DNA of 64,000 nucleotides from Blastocladiella emersonii ATCC 22665 (lineage: Eukaryota > Fungi > Blastocladiomycota), in NCBI GenBank assembly GCA_025594325.1, contig JANHCV010000005.1:1736001-1800000 (forward strand), given 5' to 3'. The notes beneath the pieces were generated by a model. That model saw only the letters and a program-made list of their open reading frames with translations. It did no database searches and had not been told where the DNA came from. The position numbers and the translations under genes are program-made. This document shows positions 59,580 to 64,000 of this stretch, piece after piece (the first letter of the stretch is position 1; the number at the start of each line of letters is the position of its first letter).

Positions 59580-60932
59580 GCCAGCCGTGTGACTAGAACG
59601 GGGAGGAGGTCCGAGAGAAACTAGCGACGCGAGCTGCCGACGGCGGCGAACACGGAAGCGGCTTTCCGCGTGGCGCGGCGGGGCGGCAGGGCCCCATGAT
59701 CCGTGGCGGCGCCCCCGCTCATCTCGGAAATGGGCCCTTGTCGCGGCTTGCCCCGCCGTCACGGCTGGTCAGAGATCATCAGCCGGTCGCCTCGGGATCG
59801 CGGGATTTTCCGTGAGCGACGCGTCGTCGGCGTCGGGGCGGCGGTTTGCACGCGGCGCGCCCGTGGCGAAAAAGTTAATCTTGGCGCGGGATCGAGGGCA
59901 CTCGATGTGACCCACGCGGGCCGGGCAGCTCCCCGTTTCCGTTTCGAGGATGCATGAATGATGGAAGCATCGTCGTTGCCACCCGATGATGCCGCTGATG
60001 GCTTCCTCCCCGTTTTCGTCGGATTTAAGACTCGAGGGCGACCTCGCGCTCGCGTGCCCTCCTCCTCGCGTGGGACTTCCCGCGACGGGCTCGAGGATGG
60101 CGCGTACGGGTCGACCGAGATAGGACAAGCGCACGCACATACGTCGGAACGTATCGGGCGAGGTGCTCGAGGAGGAAGGCGAGCGGACGGCGAGCGAACG
60201 GCGGGCGCGCAGGACGGCGCTTGTCGCTTCGAAAGTCGCGTGGTCCCGTGCTGCGCGAACTTCCACCAGGGACGCTTCCACGCGGACATTCAGGTGGGCT
60301 CGAGACAAGAGCCGGCCGCATGATTTTGAGCGGCTGCAGACATGTCACCCATGCAGAGGCCCAGCTGATGCCAGGATCGCCAGGTTGCGACGTCGGCGGG
60401 CCAGCTTCTTTGAGCGGGCAGCAGCAGCAGCGCACCCAGTTGGTCAAAACAGCCGATGAGTCGCGCTGCCAGCAGTCACAGTGCACTGCGGCTTTGCCGT
60501 CGGTCGGATCAGCACAGGGCCATGGTTACGACCTTAGCAATGACACGATCATGGGCCAAATGAAGCGGGCGGCATGAGGATGCGCGGGTCCAAGTTGATC
60601 GTCATCAGCCTGCTCGACCGGCCTCGTTAGGCTAGAGCACGCGGTTCTAAGCAGGCGGTCTGATCCGAGGCAGGGTAGATTCCTTGGTGGCCTGGTTTGG
60701 GACGCGTTCCGGCGGTGCGAGACGTGCGAGACGCGTTGGAGAATCATGTGACGCATCGCCACCGGTTCTGACCGACGCGACTCAGCGCCCCGTTTCGCTG
60801 CTGCGCCGCTCGCTCCCCCAACCCCCGCCGCCGGGCGCCATGCACGCTGATCGCAACCTTGTAACTCGCTGCAACTCGTCGCCACTGTAATCTTACTCCA
60901 CGCGTGCCCGCCCGGCGCCCCACCCCGCCATC

Positions 60933-63900
60933 ATGTCCCTCCACGACGCCATTGCCGACCTGGTCAGCACGCGCCAGCGGTCGCGCCACAACGGCTACGA
61001 GTACCTGGCCTCGGTGCTTGCCGAGGACGAGGTCGCCGTGACCGTGCGCGGCCTCGTCCACGACCCGCAGCTCGGCACCAGCCTGGTCCGCGCCCTCGTC
61101 AAGGCCAACACGGTCGAGCGCAACGACCTGATCACCAAGCAGGCCAAGCAGGCCGCCGCGGGCAAGGCCGAGAGCGTCGCCGCCGTCACCAAGCTGCGCA
61201 ACTTTGCCCGCCTGTTCCACGTCCTCGTCGACCGCCTCATCGCCTACGTCGACGGCGGGCCCACCCTCGACGCCGACTCGCAGTCCGTCTTCGGGTCGCA
61301 GTCCATGTCCGCGTCGTCGCTCTCGCCGTCGCAGCCCGACTCGCAGGGCCGGTCCCGCGCCGCCGCGTCCGCCGCCGCCAAGTCGGTCGACCGCGAAAAG
61401 GTCGTGTCCATGTTCGTCAAGACCATTGCGCGCGAGGTCGTCGTGCACATCTGCGACTCGCTCGAGCACAAGACGGGCCTGTTCCCGCCCTACGCGACGC
61501 ACTACTCGCATTTGCTCGCCCGCATCGCCGCGTCCTCCGAGGTCCGCGGCAACGTCACCCCGGACAACGTGCGCCGCGTCCTGCGCCTGTGCATGCGCCA
61601 GCTGCAGCCCGTCGGCCCCGACGGCGAGTCGCCCGGCACCGGCACCGCCGACGGCGACGCGGATGCTTCGGCGGCGACGCCGCTCGCGCGCCGCGTCACC
61701 CACACCCACCCGCAGGAGAACGAGCTCGCGCGCGCGTTTGCGCGGTTCTTGACGTCCCCGCCCGCGCCGTTCCTCGACGAGTGGGGCCTGTACGCCGGCT
61801 TCTTCCACGTCTATTTCGCCAACATGTCACCCGCGTCCGCCGGCCCCGCCATGCTCCTGTCGGGCCTCAACTTCATCCTGCTGCGCACCATCAACTCGGC
61901 GTCCGAGACCGTCTACCCGTTCCTCGTCGCCGTCGCCCCGCACCTCGCACGGTACTGGAGCGCGAAACCCATGCCCGCCGCCCTCACCCGCGAGCTCGCC
62001 GTCTTCTTCCGCATCACCTTCTGGACCGCGCTCGGCGAGTCGACCGACCCCGAGCGCACCCAGGACCCCGTTCGTGATTTGGGACCGGCGCTCACCGTCC
62101 TGTGGACGCGGCTCACGTCCGACCTGCGCCGCGGGCTCGCGGGCAACTGGGTCCCGCTCAAGAGTTCGGCGGTTGCGCTGCAGTGGCCCACGGCCGCCCC
62201 GCCGGGTGAACCGACATTCTCGCCCATCCTCCCGTGGCCCGTGCGCGTCCGCGACGAGGCTATGATGGCGACCCGGGACCGCCCGTTCGCCGCATGGTCC
62301 ACGTTGTGTTTCGCGTCCGAAGTCCTCCTCCGCACCAACATGCTGCCCGCCGCCTCGGTCGCCGCCATCTCGACGCTGCCCGTTGAGACCATCACCCAGG
62401 CCGCGCCCAAGCGGCTGCGCCGGTTGAGTCCCCTCGAAGAACTACTCAACGTACGTTCGCTCTTCTCACTTGATACCATGCGTCTAACCCACAGTGCCCC
62501 GAATAGGACGACGGCGTGCAGGCCAAAGACCTCGAGTTCTGCCAGGTCTACGCGGCGCAGCTCGTCTTCTTCGCGTCGATGCGGTACCGCGACGCGTGGT
62601 CGGCGCAGGACATGATCGCCATCCTGTCGGCGCTCGGCAAGCAGCTGCAGGCTACGAGCCACGAGGTCTTCTTCTGGGCGTGCGTGGCGCTCGCCGCCGT
62701 CGTGCGCCAGACCAACTGCCTCGCCATGCGCGCAGACGACCCCGCCGCCGCCGCCGAGCGCACGCAGTGGGTCCAGATCACGGGCACCGTGGTCCGCCGG
62801 CTCGCCTCGCAGGTGTGCGCGCCCGCGTTCCACCTGCTGCTCGCCATGGAGCTCGCGGGGATCACCGCGGCGCCGAGCATCGCCGCCGAGCTCGACGCCA
62901 TCGTCCCCGGCCCGCTCGCCCTGTTCTCGACGCAGGGCGCGGTCCCGACCGGCCCGCTGCTCCGGTACGCCGTGCACATGGCGACGACCAACCGCCCGAG
63001 CTGGGCGTCCGTCGACTGGACGCCCGCCGCGCACGCGTGGCTGTTCGCCGACCGCGCGGCCCTCGACGCGGCGGCGACAGACGACCCGGATGCCGTCGGC
63101 GCGTTCCTCGCGGCGATCGGCGGCGACTCGGCTGGCGCGTACGACCTCGCGCGCGACGTCACATTCCCGACCGCGTGTGCGTCTGACGAGGTCATCTTCG
63201 AGCATGAATTTGTCACGTTCCACGCCGTCGGACGCGCGCTGTTCGAGGGCGAGCTGATTGAGCCGCGGCCGTCAAAAAAGGAGGTCGCGTATCGTGCAGC
63301 GTCCACGGCGACGACCAAACCCAACTTCATCCTCGCCGCGACCGTCATGGGCATGCTCGACGCGTTTGCCGGCGTCATGGCCGGCCCCGCCACTTCCGCG
63401 GGGCACGTCCGCGTCGCCGCGCACCTGCTCGACCTAGCACAGCGGTCCGGCGTCGTCCCGCCCGGCGCGCTCGAGTCGCACGTGCTCCTCGACGCCGCCA
63501 AGACCATTGCTCGCGCGCTGTTCGGCGAGACCGCGCCGCTGCCCGCGGGCAGCGACGACGAGGCGCACCGCGCCCTCGCTGTGAAACTGCACCAGCTCGC
63601 GCGCCTCGTCGGCGTCACCGGGTACCTCGCCGAACACTACCTCGGGTTCGGCGCCGTCGTCGCCACCGACCTCGCGCCGATCCGCGCCCCGCCCGTCATG
63701 TTCTCGTCGTCCATGTGCACGTCCATGGTCGACGTCGCGATCCGCGTGCGCGAGGTGATCCTCGCCGGCCGCGAATACGACGGCTCGGCGGCGACGATGA
63801 CACGCTCCGGGTCCGCGCGCGCGCCGGCCGTCCTAACCACGGCGCTGTGGAACGTGGCCGACGACGAGTTCCCCGCGGCCGGCGTGACGGTCGCCGCGCT

Positions 63901-64000
63901 CGTGTTCCGCGCCACGCTGGTCCAGGCGTCGCGCAGCGCGTACTTTTCGATCGAGGAATCCGCGCTCGGGCCCGCGCTGCTGCTCGATATCAGCAAGCTG
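60933..64000 (+). CDS. TEL1: Probable ATM/Tel1 kinase, 5' portion (TAN-like N-terminus plus helical repeats), continuing beyond the window; intron near 62450-62508
   Basis: MSLHDAIADLVSTRQRSRHNGYEYL resembles the TAN motif (L...K..ER...L..L), followed by a long helical region. The kinase domain is not in the window. Confidence 0.5.

Overview
Eukaryotic, GC-rich genomic DNA with short GT-AG introns. It is most consistent with an early-diverging (zoosporic, Blastocladiomycota-like) fungus; that assignment is inference from intron style, gene content and an ankyrin-like repeat relic. The window has three parts. (1) Core block, ~1-17.1 kb, intact genes: CTL/SLC44 transporter, metaxin/Sam37, RhoGAP, RFC small subunit, PAS-guanylyl cyclase, a small orphan and AP-3 beta. 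(2) Accessory island, ~17.1-55.9 kb (~39 kb), visibly less GC-rich and mostly broken genes: three F-box-like paralogs, two head-to-head DUF4470/MYND-type paralogs, and decayed Argonaute, WDR7 and AP-3 beta fragments. It also holds two copies of a ~295-bp hairpin-bearing element and an 8.7-kb DNA transposon (24261-32967). That transposon has perfect 35-bp CACCC terminal inverted repeats, a TA target duplication and long subterminal repeat arrays; it splits a host gene and carries relics of several transposon families. (3) Core block, ~55.9-64 kb: Ric8, an APC amino-acid permease and the 5' part of a probable ATM/Tel1 gene. No rRNA, tRNA or CRISPR array was seen. All family assignments are by motif recognition by eye; no database search was run.
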